Below, one piece after another: positions 41,616-55,775 of a stretch of 64,000 nt of DNA (its first letter is position 1; each line of letters opens with the position of its first letter). Made by a program: the position numbers and the translations under genes. This stretch comes from Octopus sinensis (Eukaryota). The notes below the pieces were generated by a model that ran no database searches, was not told the origin of the DNA, and worked only from the letters and a program-made list of their open reading frames with translations. The DNA lies in contig NC_043004.1 in NCBI RefSeq assembly GCF_006345805.1, forward strand, positions 5,704,001 through 5,768,000, read 5' to 3'.

Positions 41616-41908
41616 TGTATGTTTGTATGTCTGTGTCTTGCCAACATCGCTTGACAACCGATGGTGGTGTGTTTACGTCCATGTAACTTAGTGGTTCGGC
41701 AAAAGAGACCGATAGAATAAGTACTAGGCTTCCAAAGAATAAGTCCTCGGGTTGATTTGTGCGACTAAAGGCGGTGCTCCAGCATGGCTGCAGTTAAATG
41801 ACTGAAACAAGTAAAAGAGAAAAAAAAATGTTGGATCTGACCAGTTTGAACATAAAACAGAAAGAATATTTGGGCCAGAAATGGCCACTTTAAATGCTAA
41901 AGGATTAA
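41163..41908 (+). mobile_element. piggyBac-type MITE interrupted by a SINE family A copy (~41315-41828)
   Basis: MITE 5' half ttaaccatttag...taggtgtgagaagtt; 3' half gttggatctg...aatgctaaaggattaa; a complete SINE lies between them. Confidence 0.8.
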
Positions 41909-42841
41909 ATTATTTCCTTCTTTACTGAAAGTAACAAACCTTACATAGTTTCACACTACCACTGCTAGATTTTTAGGTGCTTTTAATAGAGTTCACATTG
42001 TTGCAACCATTTGACACACCACTCCCTACCATTCCTACACACACAAACACACTCACACACACAAACATACACATGCAGGCATTGACCTGCAGACGATTAG
42101 TGCGGGAATCAACCACATCAATTTCACCTTTTCTGGGAGTGCATGCAAAGGTCAAGGACACTGCCACTATTGCTTCTCTTCTGACTAATATAGAAAGCCA
42201 GTGAGCAAATGAAGGTCACTCAACTTGTTAGAAATAGCAACCAAATCTTCATGAACTGAACCATTTACAGTAGGTATAGTTCTTGATACATTATGTCAGA
42301 AAATATGGGGGATCTAGTTAGTTTCATTCACAAAATGAGCCCCCTTTAATTTTGCTCAGATTGCTTTCAGTTTTGGTGTACCAATACAACTCTGAATTTT
42401 GATTACAATTAACCAATTACTTTATCTCATAATTTAAAGAATCTGATGTTATCTGGAATTAAAGTTGGGTAATTTTAGCCAATCAACAGACAGCATGGCA
42501 TTGGCAGTTTGTTACCATGACTACCACACACTGTGCTGTGTTTCACTTCACCTGCATCTGTGCCGCACATTATTCTGTATTGATTCTTCACATCACAAGA
42601 TTCTTGTCATCCGCATGTTTTGTTTTAATTTTTCTGTGTTAGTATATTACATATTTTTCTGTGCTTTTTTTTTTTTGTCTGTTAGTATTTTTACATATTT
42701 TTCGTTTCATATAATTTTCATACAGGTATTCTTTTTCTTGGGACAAATTCTTTGTTGACCAGTGTTATTCTTATCGTAGTTTACAAATCCAAGCATGAAA
42801 ATGTTACTTGACTTTGGAGTTTTGGAGACAGATGCCCCCCT

Positions 42842-42878
<37 letters not shown>

Positions 42879-44441
42879 CACTTATATATTAATGATGTAC
42901 ACAAATACATGACAGGTATACATAATACTGTAATATGCATAAAGTAAACTCATGCAGACAAATATATTAATATAACAACTTAAAAAAATAATAAAAACAT
43001 GCAATAAATGAAGAGACCAAAGGAACAGTAAGATGATACATGTTGATTTTATTTGGTATATCTGTTTATTTAGAAACCTGCAATGAACAGGTCATTTCAC
43101 AGACTCTAAACTATAAACTTCACAGGGTACAACCTTAGAGTTGACACTGCTCCACTAAACTCAGAAAATTTCTATCTCGCTATTGGCTAAAAATACACAG
43201 TTTTTTCGATTTTTAAGCTTCTGTACCTTTTTCCTCCAATTTTTTTCACCACAATATTATACTTTCATAGCAATAAGACTGGAAACCTACATTATTATAG
43301 TCAATTTTCAGATTTTTTACTTCCTTTTAGAAAATGCATATTTTGTGAATCAGTTTAACTAGATCCAATATTGGACAGCCACAGCGAGAATACTTTAATA
43401 AAAGTTTCATGATAAAAAAAAAAATTGATTGTAAGTAATATAGAAAATACTGCAATTTCAATCATAATGTATTTCTGTTCCAGACTGAATTAAAATCTAG
43501 TAGTTTTTGCTATCTGTCTGTCTGTCTGTCTCTGTCTTTCTGCCACTCTCTCTCATTAGCTTTCCAACATTTATAAGCTATATGCTGTTTCACATTTTCT
43601 AAGGTCTCTCAAGTTTTGAGACCTAAGTTGCTGAAAATCAGTTGCCCAATTAATAGGTGGGAATGTCTAAGTCGTCTCCCCCTACACACACACACGTGCC
43701 AACTCAACTCCGTATACTCTCCTACCTTTGACCAAGCTAAAAAGAACAAAAAAGAAGCATCAAAAGTTGGAAAAGTTACACCACCACTAACTTACTAAAT
43801 AAAGAAATAGCTTACTTTCCAGTTGACCTAATCTCAATTGACTTCTCTCTAACTCTGAGCATTTGTGACTTGAAATTTCCTTTTGAATCAACAAACTGAG
43901 CTCCAAGCCTCTAGCCTTAGGCAATAACAGTCTTGTTTTCTCTTCTTCTTTTTTAATATATATATATTTTTTTAATCATATTTAAATATATAGTTTTTTT
44001 TAATTCCTTTTACCAGAATTGCTAGTAAGTTGTAACACAATCTGCATTGCTACTGTTAACTGTGCAATTCAAAGCTGTTTTGTATATATAGCATAATGGT
44101 ATTCTGCTGGCTTGCATTACCGGCTTTTGCAATCTGGGTGCAGAATTATAGAAGGATATTAATTACAGTGAAGTTTTGGATTAATTACTCAGACTATATT
44201 ATTAGGTTTATATGGCAAACCAGATTGGAGCTGGGACTAATATTCACAGCCATCCCACCCATTTCAGCTTGGTTTTCAAACTATATTAGTTTATGTGTAA
44301 ACAGATATTCAATTTCTATTTCTTCTTTCTTTCTTTCTTTGTTTCTTTTTGTAATATATCATTTGGTTTGATTTAAAGAATTATATTAATTTTTAAATAT
44401 TTTGTTTTCAGTGTTCTGACCATTGCTTTCTGCTCTTAGCA

Positions 44442-44455
44442 GTTACCATAGCAAC
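44442..44455. promoter_or_regulatory. RFX X-box motif GTTACCATAGCAAC
   Basis: Matches the consensus GTNRCC-N0-3-RGYAAC in apparently unique sequence; function unproven. Confidence 0.4.
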
Positions 44456-44912
44456 AGTTGTAGTTAGATTTGTTCTGCTGAATATCTTCTATTGTTACCT
44501 TTTACTTGTTTCTGTCATTGGATTGTGGCCATACTGGGGCACCTCCCTGAAGGGTTTTAGTCAAACATATCAACCAGAGTGCTTACTTTTTTTTAAGTGT
44601 TGTGCTTATTGTACCATTCTCTTTTGTTGAAACGCTTAGTTGTGGGGACATAAACAGACCAACACCAGTTGACAAGTGGTGGGTTAAACACATATACACG
44701 CACATGTGTGCACACACACACACACACACACACACAAATCTTCCACTGAGTTTTCATTTACCAAATCCATTCACAAGGCCTTGGTTGGCCTTCAGCTATA
44801 GCAGGAGACATTTGCCCAAGGTGCCACACAGTGGGAGTGAACCTGAGACTACATGTTGGGAAGTAAACTTCTTAACCATACAGCCACAACTGCACTTATA
44901 TTTCCTGTGTAA

Positions 44913-45418
44913 TCTATATATATAAAACTCTAGTTGTGTGAGTGTCTGTCCCCTTCGATTTAGATTCCTAACTCCTCCCACATTTTGCGGTGCAGTTTAA
45001 CCAAATTCGGGTATCTTATAGTCGTGATTCATATCGAGCCCGTCTGACTATTAGCGCGCGTCAACGATGAGTCTACGATTTTAAAAATAATTTAACATCA
45101 TTTTTTATTCCATTTTAATGCATAAAATGCATCGTGTGTCGATGGCGGCGGAGTTGGCGTCCACGCTCACAGCTGCACCTGTTTGCTTCTTCCCCTTCCC
45201 TCCCTCGTGAAGCTGTGGGGAAGGGAGTGTAAAGAAATCAACGTTGTAATGCGTTGTGAAGGAGACCAGCGTTCTTTTAGAACAACGACTTCATGGCTTG
45301 AAGACACCAAAACAAAAATGGCTAAGAAAGCCTGAATTTATAAGGGAAGTAACTCTCTAAAAATGCTTATATAGTTATTTCCCTTACAAACCCGAGCAAC
45401 GCCGGGCGATACTGCTAG
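44913..45418 (+). mobile_element. Non-autonomous Helitron
   Basis: A|TCTATATATATAAAAC 5' end; subterminal hairpin CCCGAGCAACGCCGGG (45391-45406); CTAG|T 3' end. Inserted at A/T without TSD; CpG-rich, suggesting a young copy. Confidence 0.88.
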
Positions 45419-46697
45419 TTTCTTATAAAATTCCAAAATTTCTGTAATATTTTTGATTTGCTCCATGAATTTAAACAATTTCAAAAATTTAGAAGAGTTA
45501 AATTGGTGTTCATTAGTTGCCAGAACAAAAATTAAAATAATTAGACTTTGATGAAAATCATTAATGTAAACTGTTTTGGATATGCTGTTGTTTTTGTTTG
45601 TTATTGTCTTTTAGCTCTAGATCAATTCTGAAATCTCTGCACACCAAGTCCTTTTAAGGGTATCTATGAATATGCCATCTATCCTTTTCTAAGACAGAGA
45701 TTTGGCTTCTATTTCTAGCTATTCAGGCTCTCTTGTTGTTGACTCATTTGACCTTGTACTAAAGTTTTAGCGATTAACAGTTATCATAGTTGTGGTTGAT
45801 GAAATAAACCTTAAAATAAGGTTTGTTAGGTTGCTGCTATAAAGTAACAGAAGTTATCGGATGAAGTTTACAGACCTAGAGGCAAGTGTGGTTGTAGTAA
45901 GAAGTTTGCTTTCCAACCACAACCCACATGGTTCCAGGTTCAGTCCCACTGTGTAGCATATTGGGCAAGTGTTTTCTACTATAGCCACAGGCCAGTCAAG
46001 GCCTTGTGGGTGAATTTAGTAGACAGAAACTGAAAATAGCCTGTTGTGTGTGCCTGTGCATCTGTGATACTTTGACTTTACATGATTGCTGTAAATGAGT
46101 GTCACTGTCAAATTAGCAGTGTCCTTCATTTCCAATCTTCTCTGGAGACATATCTGGTCATGGGAAAAGGTTAACTTGCTTGGAAACAGATGAAGATTGA
46201 TAACAAGAAGGGCATCCAATTGTAGAGATTCTGCCTTAACAAATTCCATCCAACACACGAGAGAGTAGTAAAACGGATATTAAAATGATGATGATGATGA
46301 TTTAATTTCATGAATTAAATTAAATTACTTGAGTACTTTTTGAATCAGATATTGTTAGAACTACCATCTTTAGAAGAGTCTCTTCATTTTAAGGGCATCT
46401 TTAGAGGAAACAAAAGATCTGATTAGATGCATTGTAGAACTAACTACTTTAAATCCAATCCAATTACTGAAGTTATGGAATTCTAATAAACGTTATTTTC
46501 ATATGGAACCTACCGCAGGACAGACAGCTCAATAAAGCTGAATAAAATTGACCGTTTGTAAGAGTCGGATATAATGCGATGCTTTAAATTGTTTATATTT
46601 ATTTTCATTTCTATGGCTTCAGGAAAAGCTAAACAAACTTGCATCTTGGTTTATGCTGAAATGCAGTTGAATATGTCACAAGAACTGCATGTATGTA

Positions 46698-46785
<88 letters not shown>

Positions 46786-47275
46786 CACATATATACATAT
46801 ACACATACATACATACATATATATATATTGGTTACTTTACATCTAGTCTTAGCTGTTTGCTATCTTACTAGCTTGCCTTCACTTCTCTCCTCACTTTCCT
46901 TCTTCCACTGATGTAATTTATAACCATGGTAGTTTTTTTTTTTTTTAGCTTTTGTTTTGTTTTAAAATATCTTTTTTCCAAGCAATGACTTGAGGGAATA
47001 TTTTGTATACACTAACGTATTGAAGATTCAATATCTGTCCGTCTGTCTTGGACCAGCTCTGTATGGGAATTCCATAATTCAGTATCAGATGTCTTACTTT
47101 TGTGATTTTGTTTATGATTCAGATGTTTTTTACAAAGTTAAATAATTTCAAATAGAAGACATTCTTTTTCTTTTTGCAGCCAGCTTGTGTTTCATATTCT
47201 CAGAATATTAGGAAAATAAATATCTATCTGAATTTTAGGTTTCTTCTTGGTTTTGGCATATTATTTTTATCGTCC

Positions 47276-47311
<36 letters not shown>

Positions 47312-47408
47312 TTATATACATGTTTGTGTGTGTGTCTGTGTATATATACACACACACACATACATACATATATGTATACATGCACACATGTGCATAAGTA
47401 CACACACG

Positions 47409-47441
<33 letters not shown>

Positions 47442-47701
47442 ATATACACACACATACGTGTACACACATATATATGTATATAGTCTTAAATTTTTTAATT
47501 TTTATAGCAGTTGTTGTTACTTTCTACATTTTCGTCTTAGCATGCATCAAATATCAGAAATCTATCTATCCTGATTCACTGGGGTAAAGGAAGAATGAAG
47601 CTTTAGTGGGGTGGTGGGGGAGTGGTGACAGTAGTGTTAAGGGAGCAGTGTGTGGAGATGGGAGGGGTTGAGAACTGTCGCTTCATCTTTCATTGACTGA
47701 C

Positions 47702-47746
<45 letters not shown>

Positions 47747-47864
47747 TCTTTTATTTTCCACTAGAGTGTCAGATGAGGAGGACAGTACAAAGACAGACAT
47801 AGAATGTGAAGGATTTACATAGAATCAACTGATTAAAGATAAAAATAATAGCAATAATAATAAT

Positions 47865-48694
47865 GGTTTCAGATTTTGACACAAGGCCAGCAGTTTTCAT
47901 GGGAGCATAAAGTTGATTATATTGACCCTGGAGCTCAACTGGTACTCAATCTATCAACCTTGAAAGGATGAAAGGCAAAATCAGCCTTAGTGGAATTTGA
48001 ACTCAGTAATAATAATAATGATAATAATCATTCTTTCTAATTTTCGCACAAGGCTAGCAGTTTCAAGGGGAAGGGGTTAGTTGATTATGTCAACCCCAGT
48101 GCATAACTGGTACTTATTTTATTGACCCTGAAAGGGTGAAAGAAAAAGTAGACCATGGCAGAATTTGAACCCAAGACGAAATGCCACCATGTGTTGTGTC
48201 TGGTGTGCTAACAATTCTGCCAGCTCACTGCCTTTTGCTCAAATATTAATATCATCATCATTGTCATCATCATTTAAAGTCCACTTTCCATGCTGGCATG
48301 GGTTGGACGGTATGATTGAAAACTGGTGAACTGGGGAGCTACACCAAGTTTCAATCTGATTTGGCAGGGTTTCTACAGCTGGATGCCCTTCTTAACACCA
48401 ACCACTCCTAGAGTGTAGTGGGTGCTTTTTATGTACCACTGGCTTGGTTTCAAAATTTGGCAGAAGACTAGCATTTTCTGGGTAGGGGTAAGAACAATTC
48501 CATCAACTCCACTGTTCAACTGACACTTATTTTATCAACCCTGAAACGATGAAAGGCAAAGTTGACCTGGTGGAATTTGAACTCAGAACATAAAAACAAA
48601 CAAAATGCTTAGTGGTGTTTTGTCTGGCATGCTAACAATTCTCTCAGCTCACCACCTTCTACTGAAATAATGATAATAATAATAATAATAATAA

Positions 48695-48725
<31 letters not shown>

Positions 48726-48961
48726 AAGAAGAAGAATCCTTTTTACTAAAGGCACAATGCCTGAAATCTGTGGGGTTGGTGGTGGTGGGGGTGGCTAGTC
48801 AATTACATCGAACTCAGTGTTTCACTAGTACTTAATTTTATTGACCCTGAAAGGCTGAAAAGCAAAGTCGACCTCGGCTGAAGTCAGAATGTAACGACAA
48901 ACAAAATACCACTAAACATTTTGTCCGGCATGCTAACAATTCTGCCAGCTCACCACCCTCC

Positions 48962-48962
<1 letters not shown>
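47865..48962 (-). mobile_element. Cluster of about four SINE family B copies interleaved with (AAT)n/(GAA)n tracts and an RTE-type 3' tail
   Basis: Repeated 'ttgaccctgaaaggatgaaaggcaaagt.gacc...gaatttgaactcag' modules. Confidence 0.72.
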
Positions 48963-49004
<42 letters not shown>

Positions 49005-49986
49005 TTATAATAATAATAAATATTTCTCAGATCTTAGGTGGATGTAGTTACACCGTCCTTAACGATCCTGCCATACTGCCTGATATTCTTGGAACTGACA
49101 CTTGGAGCTGGAGATTAAATAGAAATCATTCCTGTCTCTCACACGAAAAATTTAAATCCTACCAACTGTTTACTTTCTCTATAACCAATAGTCTGACTGA
49201 CTTTCCCATGGCAGCTCTTCCACATAAACACAATGACTATTTCTGCTGCCGTTGCTACTAGTTACTGGTGAATGTTTGTATGTATCATGGATTAACTTTC
49301 AAAATGCCTCTCATGTTGTACAAGGGACACATCAGAAATACCACCGCATTCTTTTGGATATTATATCTTCCCAGCCTAACTAATCTGACCAAATTATTTG
49401 TTTGCATTTTTATATTTCCAATTTAGCTAGCTCTACAGTGTCAATAGGACTGATTTTAGGAATAAACAGCATTTGCATTTACTTATTCCCAAAATATACA
49501 TAAATAGATGGGTGTGATTAATTTTTCCCACCCCGCTCTCCTCGTTAATAATCTGAGAAACTTCGTTTTGTTCGTGTATTTGAATATCTTCAGCAACAGT
49601 TGTTTGGTAAACATATTTTGTGTGTGTATGTGTGTGTTCGTGTGTGTTTGTGTTTGCAATGTTGCTGTGATTTATTCCTAAAATCAGTCCTGATTGAGCA
49701 GACTTTCCATATTCACATGAGATTCAGTCTAACAATGGCTGGTTAAAATTGGAATTTATTTCCATACTAACAATCATTAATTAACAGTTAATATGGAAAC
49801 ACTATTTGATTTTTTATGAGGCAGACATTATAAAAGGCACAACTATTAGTCAATTGTAGGTCCCAGTAGTCCCCTGTGGCCTGTTTGCAAAATTGCTGTT
49901 AGATGACCAAAAGCTAGCCCTCTCATTGGAAAAGGACAAGAGTCTATTTAAGATTTGATTATTATTATTAGAGATTTTACATTGAA

Positions 49987-50320
49987 GGTGCATAGCTCAG
50001 TGTTTAGAGTGTCAGACTCATAATCATGAGGTAATGAGTTTGATTCCCGGACTGGGTTGTGTGTTGTATTCTTGAGTAAGACACTTCATTTCACAGTTCA
50101 CTCAGCTGTAGAAATGAGTTGCAATGTCACTGGTTCCAAGCTGTATCGGCCCCTTTGTGTTCCCCTTGGATAACATCAGTGGCATGAAGAGGGGAGGCTG
50201 ATATGCATGGGTGACTGCTGGTCTTCCATGAACAACCTTGTCTGGACTTGTGCCTTGGAGGGTAACTTTCTAGGTGAATCCCATGATCATTCATGACTGA
50301 AGGGAGTCTTTACCCTTTAC
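49987..50320 (+). mobile_element. tRNA-derived SINE family D, full length
   Basis: A-box-like TAGCTCAGTG, anticodon-like loop CTCATAA, B-box-like GTTTGATTCC; tail ends 'ctttaccctttac'. Closely similar to 56331-56667. Confidence 0.8.
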
Positions 50321-50716
50321 ATGCAGTTGTGTGTGTGTGTGTACTGTTTACCTTTTGATTGTTTCAGTCATTGAACTGCAACCAAGCTGGAGCACTGCCA
50401 TGAAGGATCTTAGTTGAACAAATCAACTCCAGTATTTATTTTTAAGCCTGGTACCTGTTACTGTCAGTCTTTACTGCCAAGCTACCAAGTTAGAGGGAAA
50501 TAAACAAACCAACACTGGTTGTCAAGTGGTGAAGGAAACACACACATGCACACACAAACAAATACACTTGTATGTGTGTTGGGCTTCCACACAGTTTCCA
50601 TCTACCAGATTCACTGACAGGGTATTGATTGGCCAGAGGCTATACTAAAGGGCACTTGCCCAAAGTGCCAGGCTGTGAGACTGAACTTAAAACCATGTGG
50701 CTGCAAGGCAAGTCCC

Positions 50717-50748
<32 letters not shown>

Positions 50749-51677
50749 TGTGCGTGCGTGTGTGCATGCATGCGTGCGTGTCTAATGAGAAGAAGTGAGG
50801 TAGTGTATTCTTAAAGCAAAATTATTTAGGCAACAGACAAAGTTCTGTGTGCAGGCTAGAAACATACAAACTTCAAGATTTTCTCAGAAAGAATATATCA
50901 GAATAGGTCGACAATTATATATTCTACACAATGTCTGGAAGGACATCAACTTGGGTCGATTGCTTTGACACAGTGTAGACAGATGTTGAACTTTCTCTCA
51001 GATTGTATCAAATAGCTGTATGTATGTACCTTGCATTCTCGAGAGGAGGAGTGGTTTGTGTGTACTTACATTCGTGTAACACAATATGGAACTCTAAATC
51101 TGACGTAGTTCTATTTGGAGAGTGAGATGAGGCAGAAGCATTAGGTTTATGTTTCTCTGGATCCTACAGTAACCCTCTGGCATGTGTGTGTGAGGGGATT
51201 GGTTTGTGTGTGTGTATTCATGTCATCTCTCTATCACTCTCTATTCCATTTTTGCATTATTTTTGTTTTTAAGCTGTTTGGGGTTTGTTTGCTTTTTCTC
51301 CCCCCCCCCATCCGTTGTCATTTGGAAGTTGTTCTTCGCATGGCTACTTACTAGTTGTTAAGAACATGTTTGCTCAACTCACTTTATCTGTTGTTTTCAA
51401 CTCAAGAAACCTCTTTTGTGTGTATTTGTGTTATTACGGAAACAAGTTGCTTACAAAAATAAGATGCTATATATGGCGGGTAGATGGAAGAATTGGTAGA
51501 GCATCAGGCAAAATATTTTGCAGTATTTGAGCTATGTTCCTTTATATTTTGTGTTCAAATCCTATCTATAGCTACTTAGCCTTTCATGCTTTTGAAAATA
51601 AATACTGGTGTAGGGTGACTTAACATAACCAACTATATTGTAGAAGGCAGTCCCACAACATGTCTACAGTTTAATCA

Positions 51678-51898
51678 TTAACTCTTAGACTTTCAGATTA
51701 CTATGTCAAATGTAATGCTTATTTGTTCACATTACTTTGAATTAGTCATGAATTATCTCATAGCTTTGAGATTTCAAGGATGTGGTTGTTTATTTTTAGA
51801 ATGACATTGTAAAGTAAGCGTGAGAAGCAGGATCTGGCAAGATAAAGCATGTAGAATATTCAGGCCAGATATGGCCAGTTTAAATGCGAAAGGGTTAA
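51678..51898 (+). mobile_element. piggyBac-type MITE copy
   Basis: ttaactctt...gaaagggttaa; TTAA at both ends. Confidence 0.75.
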
Positions 51899-52145
51899 AG
51901 TAAGTAAAAGATTGAATGAAACCTCTGTGTGTGTCTGTGTGTCACTATCTCCTTGTTTTGACATCATGTGATAATTACAAATGAGTGCCCTTCTCTTCCA
52001 ATCTTCTGTGGAAACATGCCTAGTCTTAGGGATATATTGCCTTACTAGGAAACAAGTGATGGCTACCTATAGGAAAATCTGCCTCAACAAGTTACCATCC
52101 AACCCATGCAAGCATGGAAAAGTGGACATAAAAACAATGGTAATG

Positions 52146-52192
<47 letters not shown>

Positions 52193-55100
52193 CATACACA
52201 TATGTATGCATACACATACATACATGTAAAGATAGACGGAAGTAACTTTTTTCTGTAAGATATATAAACTAAAACCGGACAAAAAAAGTATGTGTTTATA
52301 TACATGTACATTATAATCAATACTTAATATGTTTATATAAGTATTACTATATTGTATATGTATTTATAAACTATAATTTGACACAGTCAACAGGATTGGC
52401 AGTGGCTCATTTTTCCAAACTGAAAGTTATTTTTCACCCCCTCATTGTTTACAAATGCAATGCCATTAGATATATTAATGTCACATGACATACCAAACAA
52501 GTATGAGAAAGCTTCCACAAGGTCCATGCTGTAATTATAATACTTTCCTGAAGACCACTCCTGGAATAGTAAATATGTTCTTCAATTACTCAACTTGAAA
52601 TAGATATATATATGTGCATGCACACACACACACATACATACATACATATATATATATATGTACATACATTCATACACACACATGTGTGTGTCTGTACACA
52701 TTTGTCTTTTAGTCAGAAGTACCCAACACATTCTATAAAGTGGTTGGTGTTAGGAAGGACATCCAGGCATTGGAGCTCAACATTGTCCTTTGACTCATAA
52801 GATCCTGTCAAAACATCTCACCTATACAAGCATCAAAGATGTGGTAAGAAGCTTGCTTCCCAACTACATGGTTCTTGGTTCAGTCCCACTGTGTGGTACC
52901 TTGGGCTAATGTCCTCTACTATAGCCCCAGGTCAACCAAAGCCTTTTGAGTGGATTTTTCGTAGATGGAAATTGAAAGAAGTCTGTTGTGTGTAGGGGGG
53001 AGTGTGTGTGTGTGTGTGTGTGCTTGTTCCCACCACCCCTTTTCACAACTGGGGTTGATTTGTTCAACATGGCTGCAGTCCAATGACTGGAACAAGTAAA
53101 AGATGAAAAATAAAAAAAAGATTAAAAAGTGATGTGTATGTATAGACACACACACACACACACACATACACACATTTCTGAATATTGTTTGAAATATGCA
53201 GCCGTTCTTACGGTAATTGACTATATCATTAGCATCAACTCTATCTCATCCACCATCTGCATAAGAAGCTTTTAGACTATTTTGAGTTTAAAGTGTGGCA
53301 AGGTAAATGGAGTTATGATAAATCTTATGTCAATATCACCTGAAAATGCCAATTCCAAACTTGAAAGAACATTAATGATAAATATTATTTGTGCATACCT
53401 CACACATGCTTACATATGAAAATGCTTTTACTACAGTTGGTTATGATGATAAATGTATTTTTCTATTACGTTGTGTGCTTAAGAAGCTTACTCTGCAAAC
53501 ATGTGGTTTTGGGTTCAATCCCACCGTCTGATATCCTGGGTAAGTGTCTTCTACCATTGAAAAATACCTTGTGAGTGAATTTGACAGAGAGAAGATATGT
53601 TGTGTGTGTGTGTATCTTTGTATTTTTGTGTTTGAGTTTGTCTTCCTTTCAATGTTGGGACAACCAGTGTTGGTTTGTTTACATCCCCATAACTTTGTGG
53701 AACAACAAAAGGGATCAATACAATAAGTACCAGCCTTTAAAAATAAATACTGTGGGGGTGATTTGTCCAATTCAACCCTTCAAAGCAGTGTCCCAGCTTA
53801 ACCACAATTCAATAGCTGAAACAAATAAAAGGTGGGGGAAAGGAAGATATTCTCTTGTGAAAGCATTAGACTTCAGTAATTCTCTTTTGTTCTGTCAGCA
53901 TGTGCCTTTCTGATATTATGGTGTTTAATAGTACCAAGAATAGAAAACTATAAGCATTGAATATGAAGCCACAGCTTTAGCAAAGAGGCTTCTTAACCAT
54001 CTTGTCTATTCGAAAAGATATTTCGGCATCAACATTATCATCATTGTTTTAATGTCCACTTTTTCATGCTCACATGGATCAAGTAGAATTTGTAGAGGCA
54101 GACTTTCTACGGCTGGATACCCTTCCTATCACCAACCTTCACCTGTTTCCCAGCAAGATAATATTTTTCCATGACAAAATGTGTTTCCATTGAAGGTTGG
54201 AAACAAAGGACACCTCCTTAGCAAGACACCTGCTCCTCCTGTCTCTCCATCATACTGTCATATCCATCAGAACTATACCCCCACTCAGTTGAGGTGGGTC
54301 TTGTCTTGCAGGTACTAAGTGACATCACCAGTGCTGGTGCCACTAAAAGAGCACCCAGTACACTATGTCAAGTTGACATTAAGAAGGGCACCCAGTTGTG
54401 GAAACCAGCCAATGCAGACAATGGAGCTTGGGGCAGTCTTCTGGCTCGTCATTTTATGTTGAAGCATCCAACCCATGCCAGCATTGAAAAAGAGACTTTA
54501 ATTAATGAAGAAGACATATATTTCTGTGGCTGGCACCGTGTAAAATGCACCCATGCCAGCACCACATCAAGAGTACGCATGCAAGATCAATGTATGAAAC
54601 ACCCAGAGCACATTGTAAAGTTGTTGACATTAGAAACCATTGAAACCATGCCAAAACAGATGACTGGAGCCTGGTGCAGCCCTCCGGCTTGCCAGCTCCT
54701 GTCAATCCAACCAAGCCATGCTATCATGAAAAAATGGGGCATTAAATTTATGAAGAAGATATATATATATCTACAGGAAATTTATTCAAATCAATGTTAC
54801 ATGTTACAAATCAATAATGAATAAATAAATATAAATAAGCCCATTAATCACTTCAGGATGTATATTGCTAGATTTTTAAGGATTAGCTAGCTTAGTGTTC
54901 ATAAATCTTTCCTAAAAATTAAAATAATTACTTGAATCTTAATTAATAACTCTTTCTGTTTGACAGATGCCAATATTTTTATATATTTGAATTTTTTCTT
55001 ATTAATAGAGAAAATTAAGCCCCTATTTTCACCCCAAGTTCTCACAAGGAAACAATTTTAACATGGTAGCCTTTATGAATGCCTGTATCTTATTTCTTGT

Positions 55101-55734
55101 AAATTAAGACCAGTTCTGTTAGCTACTCTGGGAATTTTCATCTGAGAACTGCTGTTTAATGTTCTCTGAAAAGACATTACAGCAAAAAGAGATAAAACTT
55201 GAGGATGTGACTCATAAAATTGGTTCTGTATAAGATTGTTTTACTTTTGCACTTCATTTTAAATTTTTAAATGTCTTAACATTTTATCATTAAATGGAAG
55301 TATCACTAGATATTCAAAACTTGAAAAAGAAATAAAAATAGTTTCCCTTCAATTTGACTAAACTAATGGCTGTATACAAATAGGCGTAACTGCATTTTTA
55401 AGAAGTTTACTTCCCAACCACATGGGTTCAGGTTCAGTTCCACTCCACAGCACCCTGGAGAAGTTTCTTCTCCTTTAGCCTCAAGTCACCCAAAGACTTA
55501 TGAGTAAATTTGATAGACAGAAACTGAAAGAAACCCATAGTGAATTATGTGTTTGTATACATATATATATATATATTATATATATATATATATATACATA
55601 TCCACAAATATATTTATATTAGGGAAGTTATTTCCAAGTCCATATATATATTTATGACAATATTTACATATCGCCTTAAGAAACACAACTAAACTTCATA
55701 ATGCATGGAAACGGTTGCATAACTCTTTACCTGC

Positions 55735-55775
55735 ATGCCTGAAGAACTACGTTACATGGAAACAATTGTAGTGAT
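55735..55775 (+). ncRNA. Minimal type I hammerhead-like motif (CUGAAGA...GAAAC-aauu-GUA)
   Basis: CTGAAGA (55739-55745), short decayed stem II, GAAAC (55759-55763), palindromic ACAATTGT stem III, GTA (55768-55770). A second decayed copy lies just upstream (CTTAAGA...GAAAC at ~55675-55720). Adjacent to (TA)n at 55560-55600. Confidence 0.6.

Noticed and set aside
49987-50065. tRNA-Met-like gene
   Set aside because: The stems are broken and it continues into a SINE body repeated at 56331; it is a SINE head.
52548-52610. CTGAAGA near a TA tract
   Set aside because: No correctly placed GAAA/NUH with a paired stem II.
54294-54824. 176-aa ORF
   Set aside because: Made of two tandem copies of the RTE-type 3' UTR repeat; not protein-like.
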